DNA of 46,007 nt from an uncultured Gemmatimonadota bacterium (GTDB lineage: Bacteria > Blakebacterota > Blakebacteria > Blakebacterales > Blakebacteraceae). Numbering within the stretch: position 1 is the stretch's first letter; the number at the start of each line of letters is the position of its first letter. Location: NCBI GenBank assembly GCA_964576115.1, contig CAZNUA010000028.1:1-46007 (forward strand). Reading direction: 5' to 3'. The position numbers were made by a program, and so were the translations under genes. Positions 9,883-19,009 of this stretch are shown piece by piece. The notes under the pieces were generated by a model. That model had not been told where the DNA came from. It searched no databases and was given only the letters and a program-made list of their open reading frames with translations.

Positions 9883-10968
9883 TTACCGGGGATGTATTCT
9901 CACGCTTCCCGAGCCGGTGTCAATGTAAATACGGCCGTTCCCGCTGCCGAGCGTCCCGAGCACATAGGAGCGGCTCCGCCTGCGGTAATCGATCGGGATG
10001 TCGACATCGATACCGCCGCTGCCCACATCGATCTCGAGTTCGGCGTTGATGTTCCGGGGTACCTGGACCGTCACCCCGCCCGAGCCGGTGTCCACGATCA
10101 TGCGGCGCACACCCTCGAGCAGTTCGACCGTCACGGATCCGCTCCCGGTATCGAGGACGATATCTTCGGCGGCCAGTCCATCGATGACAATACCGCCCGA
10201 GCCGGTATCCACCACCAGCCGGCCGGCCCGCACGCCTTCGCCGGTTACCCGTCCCGAGCCGGTATCCAACCGGATGCTCTCGCCGCTCACGTCATAGACA
10301 TCGACCCGACCCGAACCGGTGTCGATATCGAGATCGCCTTCGATCTCGTTGCAGGTCACACGTCCCGAGCCGGTATCGACCAGAAGACTACCCCGCACGC
10401 GCGTGGCGTGTACGTCGCCGCTGTACGTGTCGAGCCTGAAATCACCGGTCACGTCGGTGGCGGTGATCTCTCCAACCCCGATGTATACCGCCAGATCACG
10501 CTCGGCGGGTACCCTGATACGCACGTCGGCCCAGGCCTCGAGGCCAGAACCCGAGCCGGTGATGCGAACCCGGTGGGCGCCGTAACCGGACCCCCCGAAG
10601 GTACCGTCCCGCCGGACCGACATGTCCGTGCGGCTGAAGCGGCTCATTTCCCGGTAGACGATCCGGTCGTCGGGATAGATGACCCGCAGGGTTTCCCGGC
10701 CGTTGATGCGATCGACAGCCACTTCGAGAGCCCGGGAATCGGCTCCATGGTATTCGAGCTCGACTACTACCTCCCGGTCGCTGCCCGTTTCCACCGTCAC
10801 TGTGCCGGCGATATTGTAGACGGCGATATCCCGGCCCGAGATCGTGTACCGGTCCGACTCCTGGGCGCCGGCTTGAGAACCGGCCAGAAGGAGCAGCGAA
10901 ACGGCCGAAAGAATCGCCAGCGATCTCAGGAACCGGGGGTCAACCCGGGTGTTGGATAAGACAATCAT
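9883..10968 (-). CDS. DUF4097 beta-strand-repeat protein
   Basis: Signal peptide and many DTGSG repeats; start placed at ATG 10968. Confidence 0.82.
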   Translation of the reverse strand: MIVLSNTRVDPRFLRSLAILSAVSLLLLAGSQAGAQESDRYTISGRDIAVYNIAGTVTVETGSDREVVVELEYHGADSRALEVAVDRINGRETLRVIYPDDRIVYREMSRFSRTDMSVRRDGTFGGSGYGAHRVRITGSGSGLEAWADVRIRVPAERDLAVYIGVGEITATDVTGDFRLDTYSGDVHATRVRGSLLVDTGSGRVTCNEIEGDLDIDTGSGRVDVYDVSGESIRLDTGSGRVTGEGVRAGRLVVDTGSGGIVIDGLAAEDIVLDTGSGSVTVELLEGVRRMIVDTGSGGVTVQVPRNINAELEIDVGSGGIDVDIPIDYRRRSRSYVLGTLGSGNGRIYIDTGSGSVRIHPR

Positions 10969-11169
10969 GCTACTTTCCCCCCACCTGCGTGCGGCGTGGA
11001 GCACGTCGCTCCCGCCTACAGAGATACGTAAGTTCGCCGTCGCGTGTTTCACCTGCGGCATTGACTCCCGCCGGCAGGCCACTTTGACTATCATGACATG
11101 CGACCTGGCAGTTCAAAAGCCGGGACCGGCCCCCGAAGGGCATTCCCGAAACGGAGACTGAAACACACC

Positions 11170-13380
11170 ATGGTCAACCTCTCCCGCCCCCGTTCCTTTC
11201 CTGCAATCTGGTTCCCGCCCCTGTGCCGGTTCGCCGGTCTGGGTGCGGTCCTGCTTCTGCTTTCCAGTTTCCCGAATCCGCTGCCGGCCCAGAGCGATTC
11301 CGGCAATCTGTCACGGGGTCTGCCGCTCTCCCCCGAGACCACCGCGGCCCTGCAGGAAGAACTTTCTGGCGAAATCGCCATGCATCACGTGCGCCGGATC
11401 GCCCGCTGGCACCGGATCCAGGCCTCGCCGATGATGCGGGAAGCGGCCGAATACGTTCTGGCCCGGCTGCAGGAATACGGCCTGAACGACGCCGCCATCG
11501 AGTCGTTTCCCTCCGACGGCCGTCGTTCGTACCTCACCTGGCTCTCGCCGGTGGGCTGGACCGTGGAGGAAGCCGAACTGTGGCTGACGGCTCCCGAGCG
11601 GCGCCGGATAACCCGCTACACCGAGATTGCCAATGCGCTCGTCACGCTCTCGGCCTCGGCCGACGAAGAAGGCCTTCTCATTGACGGCGGAACCGGCCTC
11701 GATCCCGCTTTTTACGATTCCACCGAGGTGCAGGGTAAAATCGTCCTGGCCAGCGGTTACGGCGGCGATGTGCACCGCATGGCTGTCCTGCGCTACGGGG
11801 CGCTCGGCGTGGTCTGCTACAACGACCGTCCCGGCTACCCCGACCAGGTACGCTACACCGGTATGTGGCCCAAGGCCGGGGAACGCGAGCGGATCCGCTG
11901 GGGGTTCAACATCTCCTACGCCGCCGCCGCCGAACTCAAGGACCTGCTCGCAACGGGTACCGAGGTGCGTCTGCACGCCCGGATCACCAACGCCGTCCTG
12001 GCCGACGGATCGCTCGACAACGTCACCGCCACCATCCCGGGCGCGCGCTACCCGGGCAACGAGATCGTTCTCATGGCTCACCTCGACCATCCCCGCCCGA
12101 GCGCCAACGACAACGCTTCGGGCTCAGCGGCTCTGCTCGAGATCGCCCGCGCTCTGAACCGGCTCATCGCCGATGGCCGCCTGCCGCGGCCCGAGCGGAC
12201 AATCCGCTTTCTCTGGGTGGCCGAGATGCACGGAACAGCCGCCTGGCTCGACGCCCATCCCGAGGTCGGCGAGCGAACCGCTTTCGCAGTCAATCTCGAC
12301 ATGGTGGGAACCCCGGCCGAGCTGAGCGTGCTGCAGGTCATCCTGAACCCGGCCTCGACCGCCAGCGTGCTCGATCTGGTGGCCGCCGATGCCGCCGCCT
12401 GGGTCGCCGATCTGCCCGGGCACGAACCGCGGGGCACGACCGGCCCGATGAATTACCGGGTCGTACCCTATTCGGGCGGTTCCGATCACTACATGTTCAT
12501 CGACGGTGCCATCGGCGTGCCTTCAATCATGCTCAACACCTGGCCCGACCCGTACTACCACTCCAGCGAGGATACTCCCGACCGGGTGGATCCCACCGCC
12601 CTGCGGCGTTCCGGCCTGCTGGCGGCGGCGGCGGCCTGGTCGCTGGGCAACCTCTCGAGGCAGGCGGTCGATCCCCTGCTCGATCTGCAGGTCGCCGCTT
12701 CCCTGAACCGTCTCAGCCTCGATCAGCAGAGAGTGATCGACAGTCTGGAAAGAATCGATCGGCAGATGGAGGATGTGGAACTCGCCCTGCTGGTTCAGGA
12801 TGCCAACGACCTGCTCGAGGCTCAACTCGACCGCGAGATGCGGGCGGTCTCGAGCGTGATGCGGCTGGTTCCGGCCGGTGCGGACTCGGCGACCGCAGCG
12901 GCGTTCCAGGCGGCGGTGACACGCGCTCACGCCCGTCTGGAGGCGCACGGGATCGTGATCAGAACCCGGGTCATGGAAACCGAACTGACCCGCATCGCCC
13001 AGGAGGCCGGCCGCTGGCCCCTGCCCCAGCTGCTCCCCATCGCCCGGGTTCCCGAGCGGGCCGAAGCCGGCGCCCTGGTTCTGCAGCGCACGACGCGGGG
13101 GCCGATCAGCGACGACTGGTTTCTCGACCACCTGCCCGCCTCCCGGCGGGCCTGGTACCAGGACGGCGGGGGACGGTCGTTGTGGGGGCAGTCCACTCTG
13201 CGATACGAGATCGTCAATCACGTGAACGGCACGCGCAGTGCGCTCGAGATCTGGCAGGCGATCTCGGCCGCCTACGAACCGATCGAACTGAATACCATCG
13301 TCACTTTCCTGAAGGATCTGCAGGCGGCCGGCCTGGCGGTGGGAACCCGCGAGACGGCGGGATCCCGCTTCCGCCGATGA
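11170..13380 (+). CDS. Secreted M28-family aminopeptidase-like protein (DUF4910 type)
   Basis: Signal peptide, AHLDH, ANDNASGSA, AEMHG, NLDMVG, GGSDH, YYHSSEDT. Confidence 0.85.
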   Translation: MVNLSRPRSFPAIWFPPLCRFAGLGAVLLLLSSFPNPLPAQSDSGNLSRGLPLSPETTAALQEELSGEIAMHHVRRIARWHRIQASPMMREAAEYVLARLQEYGLNDAAIESFPSDGRRSYLTWLSPVGWTVEEAELWLTAPERRRITRYTEIANALVTLSASADEEGLLIDGGTGLDPAFYDSTEVQGKIVLASGYGGDVHRMAVLRYGALGVVCYNDRPGYPDQVRYTGMWPKAGERERIRWGFNISYAAAAELKDLLATGTEVRLHARITNAVLADGSLDNVTATIPGARYPGNEIVLMAHLDHPRPSANDNASGSAALLEIARALNRLIADGRLPRPERTIRFLWVAEMHGTAAWLDAHPEVGERTAFAVNLDMVGTPAELSVLQVILNPASTASVLDLVAADAAAWVADLPGHEPRGTTGPMNYRVVPYSGGSDHYMFIDGAIGVPSIMLNTWPDPYYHSSEDTPDRVDPTALRRSGLLAAAAAWSLGNLSRQAVDPLLDLQVAASLNRLSLDQQRVIDSLERIDRQMEDVELALLVQDANDLLEAQLDREMRAVSSVMRLVPAGADSATAAAFQAAVTRAHARLEAHGIVIRTRVMETELTRIAQEAGRWPLPQLLPIARVPERAEAGALVLQRTTRGPISDDWFLDHLPASRRAWYQDGGGRSLWGQSTLRYEIVNHVNGTRSALEIWQAISAAYEPIELNTIVTFLKDLQAAGLAVGTRETAGSRFRR

Positions 13381-14350
13381 CTCCGGTGCCGAGAGGAACG
13401 ACCAGACGCAATCGTACGCCGCCACCGACCCCGGCCCCGGAGGCGGGAAGCGCCTCGAGGTTGAGGAAGAACGTGCGGGTGTCGACCCGGCGGCGGGACA
13501 GCAGCAGGGTATCGATCAAATTGAAGACGTAGGCACCGACCAGCATCCGGCTGGCCCGCCGGCGGCGCTTCTCGGCCTCCTGCCGTTCCCGCTCGGCCCT
13601 GATGTTATGCCGCCGGGCCTCGCTCAGCTCGGCGTAAAAATCCTCCTCGGCACAGACCCGGCCGTCGATCAGAAAGAGATAATCGTTGGTGCCGAAGATT
13701 CGCTGAGCCTGGTAGCGTTCCCACTTGAGCCGATAATTGTCGGGGCTGGGGATGGCGGCCTGGTAGAGAAGCACGCCCGCCACCAGACCAGCGCTGAGGG
13801 CTGCATGAGCGTGATTGCCCTGCTGGAACTGCCCCAGACCGGGGATGAAAAGCGAATAAAAGAAGGGAGTGTCTGCGGGAGAATAGAAACGCGGGTGCGT
13901 CAGGTCCCGGGCCAGCTCCCGGGTGCCCGCCACGACGTCGCTCCGCTCCCAGGTGCCGAACCGGACCTCTCTGATCTCATCTTCGAGAGCGTTATAGAGC
14001 AGCAGGCTGATCTCGACGAACCCCGAATCGTTCCTGGCGGCGAGAGAGCCGATGATAAATCGGGCTCCGCTCGTTTCGGCGAACTCCTGGAGAGTAAGCC
14101 GTGAGTTCAGGATCTGACGGACCTGCCGCGATCCGAGTCTTTCTGCGGTCTCTTCCTTGTCGATGAGCAATTGCGTCGAGTAGACCCGTGTGCCCGTCCG
14201 GATTGCATCGTGGATGTCGGCCGTCAGGGTGGAATCCAGCCCTACCGCGAGGGGCGGCAGAACCATGATCCGGTCGGTTATCCTCTGGGCGGCGGTCGGA
14301 CGGACGGCGGAGAACAGGAGGAGCAGGACCGGCAGGAGAACCCGGTGCAT
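13301..14350 (-). CDS. Secreted/membrane hypothetical protein with a DUF5683-like motif
   Basis: Signal peptide; SLFIPGLGQF motif followed by hydrophobic helices; stop/start coupled to the upstream gene. Confidence 0.6.
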   Translation of the reverse strand: MHRVLLPVLLLLFSAVRPTAAQRITDRIMVLPPLAVGLDSTLTADIHDAIRTGTRVYSTQLLIDKEETAERLGSRQVRQILNSRLTLQEFAETSGARFIIGSLAARNDSGFVEISLLLYNALEDEIREVRFGTWERSDVVAGTRELARDLTHPRFYSPADTPFFYSLFIPGLGQFQQGNHAHAALSAGLVAGVLLYQAAIPSPDNYRLKWERYQAQRIFGTNDYLFLIDGRVCAEEDFYAELSEARRHNIRAERERQEAEKRRRRASRMLVGAYVFNLIDTLLLSRRRVDTRTFFLNLEALPASGAGVGGGVRLRLVVPLGTGVIGGSGIPPSRGFPPPGRPPADPSGK

Positions 14351-15552
14351 CAGTCATCCTCCCAGCAACCGTACCAGAGCCGGCCGGCCGAGCTGTAGAC
14401 ACTGACGTGGACCGCTCCGTCACCGTCGACCTGAAAGTCCCAGCGCCCGGCGGGATCAAGAGTGGTGATTGCAGTCCGTTTGTCCCACCGCGCCGACAAC
14501 TCGTTGTAGGTCGCCAGGATGAGGGCGCGATCACGCGCGTATAGAATCCAGAGTTTTCCCTCACTGTCGCGACGGAGCTGGACGAAAGCCTTCCGTACTT
14601 CGGAGTCGACCGGCCGGCCGAGGGCCAGGTCGACCAGGTTCCCGGCACCGTTGCGGAAGAGCACGTGCCGGCGATCGTTCGCGTCATAGCCCATCACGAG
14701 CGAGCGATGATAGAAATCGTCGCTCTTCAGTCCGGATAGAAGAGTGTTGCGGGTCCAGTTGCTTTCAGGCGTGAGGGCGGAGCGGTGCTCGATCTGCCAG
14801 CTGCTCGAACGCCACGATGACGACTTGGCGAAGGCTGCAATCTCAAGGTTGTTCGGCCCGCGACAGAAAGCGAAGGAGGCCCGGGAGGAGGTGAAGCTGA
14901 CACAGCCGACCCGTTCCCAATTCCCCAGACCGCCCCGCCAGTAATTCACCAAACTGCGTTCGGTGTTCATCTCCACGACAGAGAACCCGTCGGGGGTGGC
15001 GACCAGATAGGGATTCTCGCCCCCGCTGTGGAAGGTATCGAGCCGTTCGTACTGCCACGACTCGCCGTCGAAGCGGGCGTACCGGAGATCTTCGGGAAAG
15101 ATGTCCTTGTACGCCAGGTGCAGGGTGTCGCCGATACCGGCTTCGAGCGTTACTGCCTCGCCCTTCCAGCCGACGGTATCAATCGGCGTACTGAGCCACT
15201 GACCGGGAGCGGCCCGCCGGGCGTAGAAGAGACGCAGATGATAGGCGTCGTGATAGGCCAGGTGGACCGTACCGTCATCGGATACGGCCACGGCGGAGTG
15301 ATAGCCGAGCTCGTTTCCCATCGCAACGGGTTCGAGGCTCCAACCCGAACCGCGGGGATCGATCAGACCGTTGCCGCAGGCGCTCACCATCACCGCCAGG
15401 AGGATCGGCGCCCCAAGACGCCACGCTGCTGTTGTACGCCCGATGATCATTCGGTGGTGTCGTTTCTTCCGTTCTCCCGTTTCCCTGCCACTCCCGGATG
15501 CGGGGAGCACCCGGCGGGGACGACCGCCGCCCGTCGGAGACGAACTGTTCAT
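14350..15552 (-). CDS. Hypothetical lipoprotein with beta-propeller/BNR-like repeats (start may be 15450)
   Basis: Lipobox VSAC; repeated 'HLAY...L.YA' blades. Confidence 0.65.
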   Translation of the reverse strand: MNSSSPTGGGRPRRVLPASGSGRETGERKKRHHRMIIGRTTAAWRLGAPILLAVMVSACGNGLIDPRGSGWSLEPVAMGNELGYHSAVAVSDDGTVHLAYHDAYHLRLFYARRAAPGQWLSTPIDTVGWKGEAVTLEAGIGDTLHLAYKDIFPEDLRYARFDGESWQYERLDTFHSGGENPYLVATPDGFSVVEMNTERSLVNYWRGGLGNWERVGCVSFTSSRASFAFCRGPNNLEIAAFAKSSSWRSSSWQIEHRSALTPESNWTRNTLLSGLKSDDFYHRSLVMGYDANDRRHVLFRNGAGNLVDLALGRPVDSEVRKAFVQLRRDSEGKLWILYARDRALILATYNELSARWDKRTAITTLDPAGRWDFQVDGDGAVHVSVYSSAGRLWYGCWEDD

Positions 15553-15674
15553 CGCCCCCGAACCGGTTGAGCACTATATTCGCAGGCGTAGCGTTCTGCG
15601 GGTAGTACCGAATGACATCACCCATGCTTCAGGTCCGGAACGGGAAAAGCCGGAGCGGGAGAGGAACACCCGGC

Positions 15675-17051
15675 GTGGCATACGAGGGCACCTCCAGAGA
15701 ACTGCTGACCCGCTACGGTGTGGATGTCGGCTCGCGCATCATCCTCCGCACCGCCAAAGGTCCTTATGAGGGGATCGTCATGCCCCGGACCGAGCTGGGC
15801 GATTCGGAGCATATCGTCATGAAGCTCGTGAACGGCTACAACGTCGGGATCCGGATCGACGGGACCGAAACGATCGAGAGCCTGGCGGTGCATCAGGACG
15901 TCGGCACGTACAAGCACCGCACCCCCGTTCACGATCCATCCCGGCCCACTTTTTCGATCCTGCATACCGGCGGTACAATCGCTTCGCGGGTGGACTACAA
16001 AACCGGGGGGGTCGTGCCGGCTTTCACCCCCGAGGAAATCCTCGAGCTCTTCCCCGAGCTGGAACAGGTCGGCAACTTCCGCGCCCATCTGGTCTCGAAC
16101 ATGTTCTCGGAAGACATCGAGTACGAGCACATCGTCGCCCTGGGCCGGGGGATCGAAAACGAGATCGCCCGGGGCACACGAGGGATCGTCATCACCCACG
16201 GCACCGACACCATGCACATTTCCTCGGCCGCGCTCTCGTTCGTGGCCCAGAATCTGCCGGTACCGGCCATCTTCGTCGGTTCCCAGCGCTCGAGTGACCG
16301 CGGCTCGAGCGATGCCAAAATGAACCTGATGTGCGCCGCCCATTTCGCCACCGAGGCCGATTTCGCCGGGGTCGGACTCTGCATGCACGAATCGATGGAG
16401 GATGAAGCCTGCTTCATCCATGAGGGCACCAAGGTCAAGAAGATGCACTCTTCGCGGCGGGATAGCTTCCGCAGTATCAACCAGCATCCCTGGGCCCGGG
16501 CCTGGCCCGACGGCCGGGCCACGTTTATTCGCGAAGGGTACGCCCGTCGCGATCCCGGCCGCGAACCCTGTTTCTTCTTCGACTTCGAACCGAAGGTCGC
16601 TCTCGTCAAATCGTACTGCGGCATGCAGCCCGAGGTGATCCGCTTCTTCACCGAACGGGGGTACCGCGGGCTCGTACTCGAGGGCACCGGTCTGGGGCAC
16701 GTACCGGTCAACGAACTCGACGCCGATACCGCCCATCATCCCGACATCCTGCAGGCCCTGGCGGAGTTCATCGAGGCGGGGGGAACGGTGATGATGACCT
16801 CCGCTTCGCTCTTCGGCCGGATCAACATGAACGTCTACAGCACCGGCCGCTACCTGCAGAGCGCCGGCGTGATCCCGGGTGAGGACATGCTCAGCGAGGT
16901 TGCGGTGGTCAAGCTCAAGTGGGTTCTGGGACAGACCCGCGACCAGACCGAAGCCCGCGAGATGATGCTCACCTCATACGCCGGCGAGATCGCCGAGCGC
17001 ACCTCCTCGAACGTCTTCTATTACCAGTTCCCCGAGAGGAACGTGCGGTGA
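15675..17051 (+). CDS. gatD: Glu-tRNA(Gln) amidotransferase subunit D (archaeal type)
   Basis: GatD-specific N-terminal domain (YEGIVMPR...HIVMKLVNGYNVGI) plus asparaginase fold: TGGTIASRVDYKTG, HGTDTM, GSQRSSDRGSSDA, KKMHSSRRD, GTGLGH, NMNVYSTGR; GTG start after a purine-rich SD. Confidence 0.93.
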   Translation: MAYEGTSRELLTRYGVDVGSRIILRTAKGPYEGIVMPRTELGDSEHIVMKLVNGYNVGIRIDGTETIESLAVHQDVGTYKHRTPVHDPSRPTFSILHTGGTIASRVDYKTGGVVPAFTPEEILELFPELEQVGNFRAHLVSNMFSEDIEYEHIVALGRGIENEIARGTRGIVITHGTDTMHISSAALSFVAQNLPVPAIFVGSQRSSDRGSSDAKMNLMCAAHFATEADFAGVGLCMHESMEDEACFIHEGTKVKKMHSSRRDSFRSINQHPWARAWPDGRATFIREGYARRDPGREPCFFFDFEPKVALVKSYCGMQPEVIRFFTERGYRGLVLEGTGLGHVPVNELDADTAHHPDILQALAEFIEAGGTVMMTSASLFGRINMNVYSTGRYLQSAGVIPGEDMLSEVAVVKLKWVLGQTRDQTEAREMMLTSYAGEIAERTSSNVFYYQFPERNVR

Positions 17052-19009
17052 GTCCTGGCCGGCAGGACGAGTCCGAGACCGGTCCGGCCGGCAATACCGG
17101 CGGGGCGGCCGAACCCGGGTTCGAACCCCTGGACTGGCGCGAGATCGAGTTCCGGGGCGGGATCGAGATCCACCAGCAGATCGACACCCGCAAGCTGTTC
17201 TGCGAGTGCCAGCCGGCGATCCGCAAAGACACCCCCCACGAACGCACCCGGCGCAAGCTGCACGCGGTAGCCTCCGAACTCGGCGAGTACGACCCCGCCG
17301 CCCTGCACGAAGCCCACCGCGACCGGACCTTCTTCTACGAGAGTTACGAGGACAGCGTCTGCCTGGTCGAACTCGACGAGGAACCCCCCCACCCGGTCAA
17401 CCGCCGGGCCCTGGAAGTGGTTCTGCAGACCTCGCTGATGCTGGGGGCGCGGATCGTGGACGAAATCCAGGTCATGCGCAAGACGGTCATCGACGGCTCC
17501 AACACGGCGGGTTTCCAGCGCACCATGCTGGTGGCGACCGACGGGGTGATGCAGACCAGCGAGGGCGATGTCGTCCTGCAGTACTTCTGTCTGGAAGAAG
17601 ACGCAGCCCGCATCATCGAAACCGATGACCGCAGCGTGCGCTACCGGCTCGACCGGCTCGGCATCCCCCTGCTCGAGATCGTAACCGGTCCCGTTTTCGT
17701 TTCCCCCGTCCAGGCCGGCGAGGTGGCCGACCGGCTCGGCCACATCATCCGCAGTCTGCAGGTGCGCCGCGGCATCGGCAGCGTGCGCCAGGACGTCAAC
17801 GTTTCGACCCGCTACAGCGATCGGATCGAGATCAAGGGCGTCCAGAAACACCGCCTGATTCCGCTCATCATGTCCAACGAGGCCCGCCGTCAGAAGAGCC
17901 TGTGGGAGATCGGCCGCGAACTCACCGCCCGATGTTCCCCCCCCGGCCCCGACGACCTGCGCCGGCGCACCGCCACGGTGACCGACCTCTTCCGCACCAC
18001 CGAATGCCGGGCCCTGCGCCGCGTGATCGACCGCGGAGGCGAAGTCACGGCGATCGCCGTTCCCGGCCTGCGGGGCATGCCGAGCCGGCTGCTGTGCCCC
18101 AACATGCGTCTGGCCACCGAGTTCAAGGATCAGCTTCTGACGCTCGGCATCCGCGGGCTCCTGCACCGCGACGAGGACACCGCCGCCCGGGGAATCAGCA
18201 CCGCCGAACGGGAAGCTCTCGAGGCCCGCCTGGCGGCAGAGCCCGGGGATGCCTGGCTCATCTTCGCCTCCCGGCCCGAGGTCGTGCCGCTGGCCCTCGA
18301 CAAGTTGCGGGCCCGCATACCGGCCTGCTGGAAGGGTGTGCCGTGGGAATCGCGCCGCGCGATCGGGCGGGGCAACACCCAGTATATGCGCCCCCTGCCC
18401 GGTGAGGCCCGGATGTATCCCGAGACCGACATTCCCCCGGTGGTCATGACCCCGGAGAAGGTCGCCGAGACCCGGGCCGCCCTGCCCGAGATCCTGCAGG
18501 ACCGGATCACGCGCCTGAGCGAACGCAGCGGGATCTCGGCCTACGATCTCTGGAAGATCGAGGATTCGCTCGAACTGCTCTTCTTCGGGATCGATGAACT
18601 GAACCTGCCGGTGGGACTCCTCTTCAACTTCCTCGCCTCGCAGGTGGTGGATTTCCGGCGCCGGACCGGCCTGCGCCCCACTCCCGAGATCCTTTCCGAC
18701 CTGCTCGAGTCCGTCGCCACCGATCGCCTGCACCCCGAGGCCCTGCCCGAGGCCCTGGAACGAATGTGCGCCGGCGAAGCGCTCGAGACCATCGTCGCCG
18801 CTCTCGACCCGAACAAGCTCGACCTGGAGGCGGAGATTGCGCAGGTCATCGCGGCTCATGCCGACCTGACCGACAATCCGCACCGGCACCAGATCCTGAT
18901 GGGAGCCCTGATGGAAAACGTGCGCGGACGGATCGACGGCCGGCTGGCGGCTAAAGCCCTGGCTGAGGCCCTGGCCGGGATACCGGAACAATCACCACCG
19001 CGCTCATGA
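17048..19009 (+). CDS. gatE: Glu-tRNA(Gln) amidotransferase subunit E (archaeal type)
   Basis: GIEIHQQI, KLFC.C, CLVELDEEPPH, MRKTVIDGSNTAGFQRT, RLDRLGIPLLEI, RRGIGSVRQDVNVS, AspRS-like insertion domain, RPLPGEARMYPETDIPP; GTGA overlap with the gatD stop. Confidence 0.93.
   Translation: MSPGRQDESETGPAGNTGGAAEPGFEPLDWREIEFRGGIEIHQQIDTRKLFCECQPAIRKDTPHERTRRKLHAVASELGEYDPAALHEAHRDRTFFYESYEDSVCLVELDEEPPHPVNRRALEVVLQTSLMLGARIVDEIQVMRKTVIDGSNTAGFQRTMLVATDGVMQTSEGDVVLQYFCLEEDAARIIETDDRSVRYRLDRLGIPLLEIVTGPVFVSPVQAGEVADRLGHIIRSLQVRRGIGSVRQDVNVSTRYSDRIEIKGVQKHRLIPLIMSNEARRQKSLWEIGRELTARCSPPGPDDLRRRTATVTDLFRTTECRALRRVIDRGGEVTAIAVPGLRGMPSRLLCPNMRLATEFKDQLLTLGIRGLLHRDEDTAARGISTAEREALEARLAAEPGDAWLIFASRPEVVPLALDKLRARIPACWKGVPWESRRAIGRGNTQYMRPLPGEARMYPETDIPPVVMTPEKVAETRAALPEILQDRITRLSERSGISAYDLWKIEDSLELLFFGIDELNLPVGLLFNFLASQVVDFRRRTGLRPTPEILSDLLESVATDRLHPEALPEALERMCAGEALETIVAALDPNKLDLEAEIAQVIAAHADLTDNPHRHQILMGALMENVRGRIDGRLAAKALAEALAGIPEQSPPRS

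Noticed and set aside
15612-19009. Reading the pair as plain L-asparaginase plus bacterial GatB
   Set aside because: The GatD N-terminal domain, the SQRSSDR motif, the GatE-specific insertion and the coupling of the two genes fit GatDE; no gatA or gatC is adjacent.
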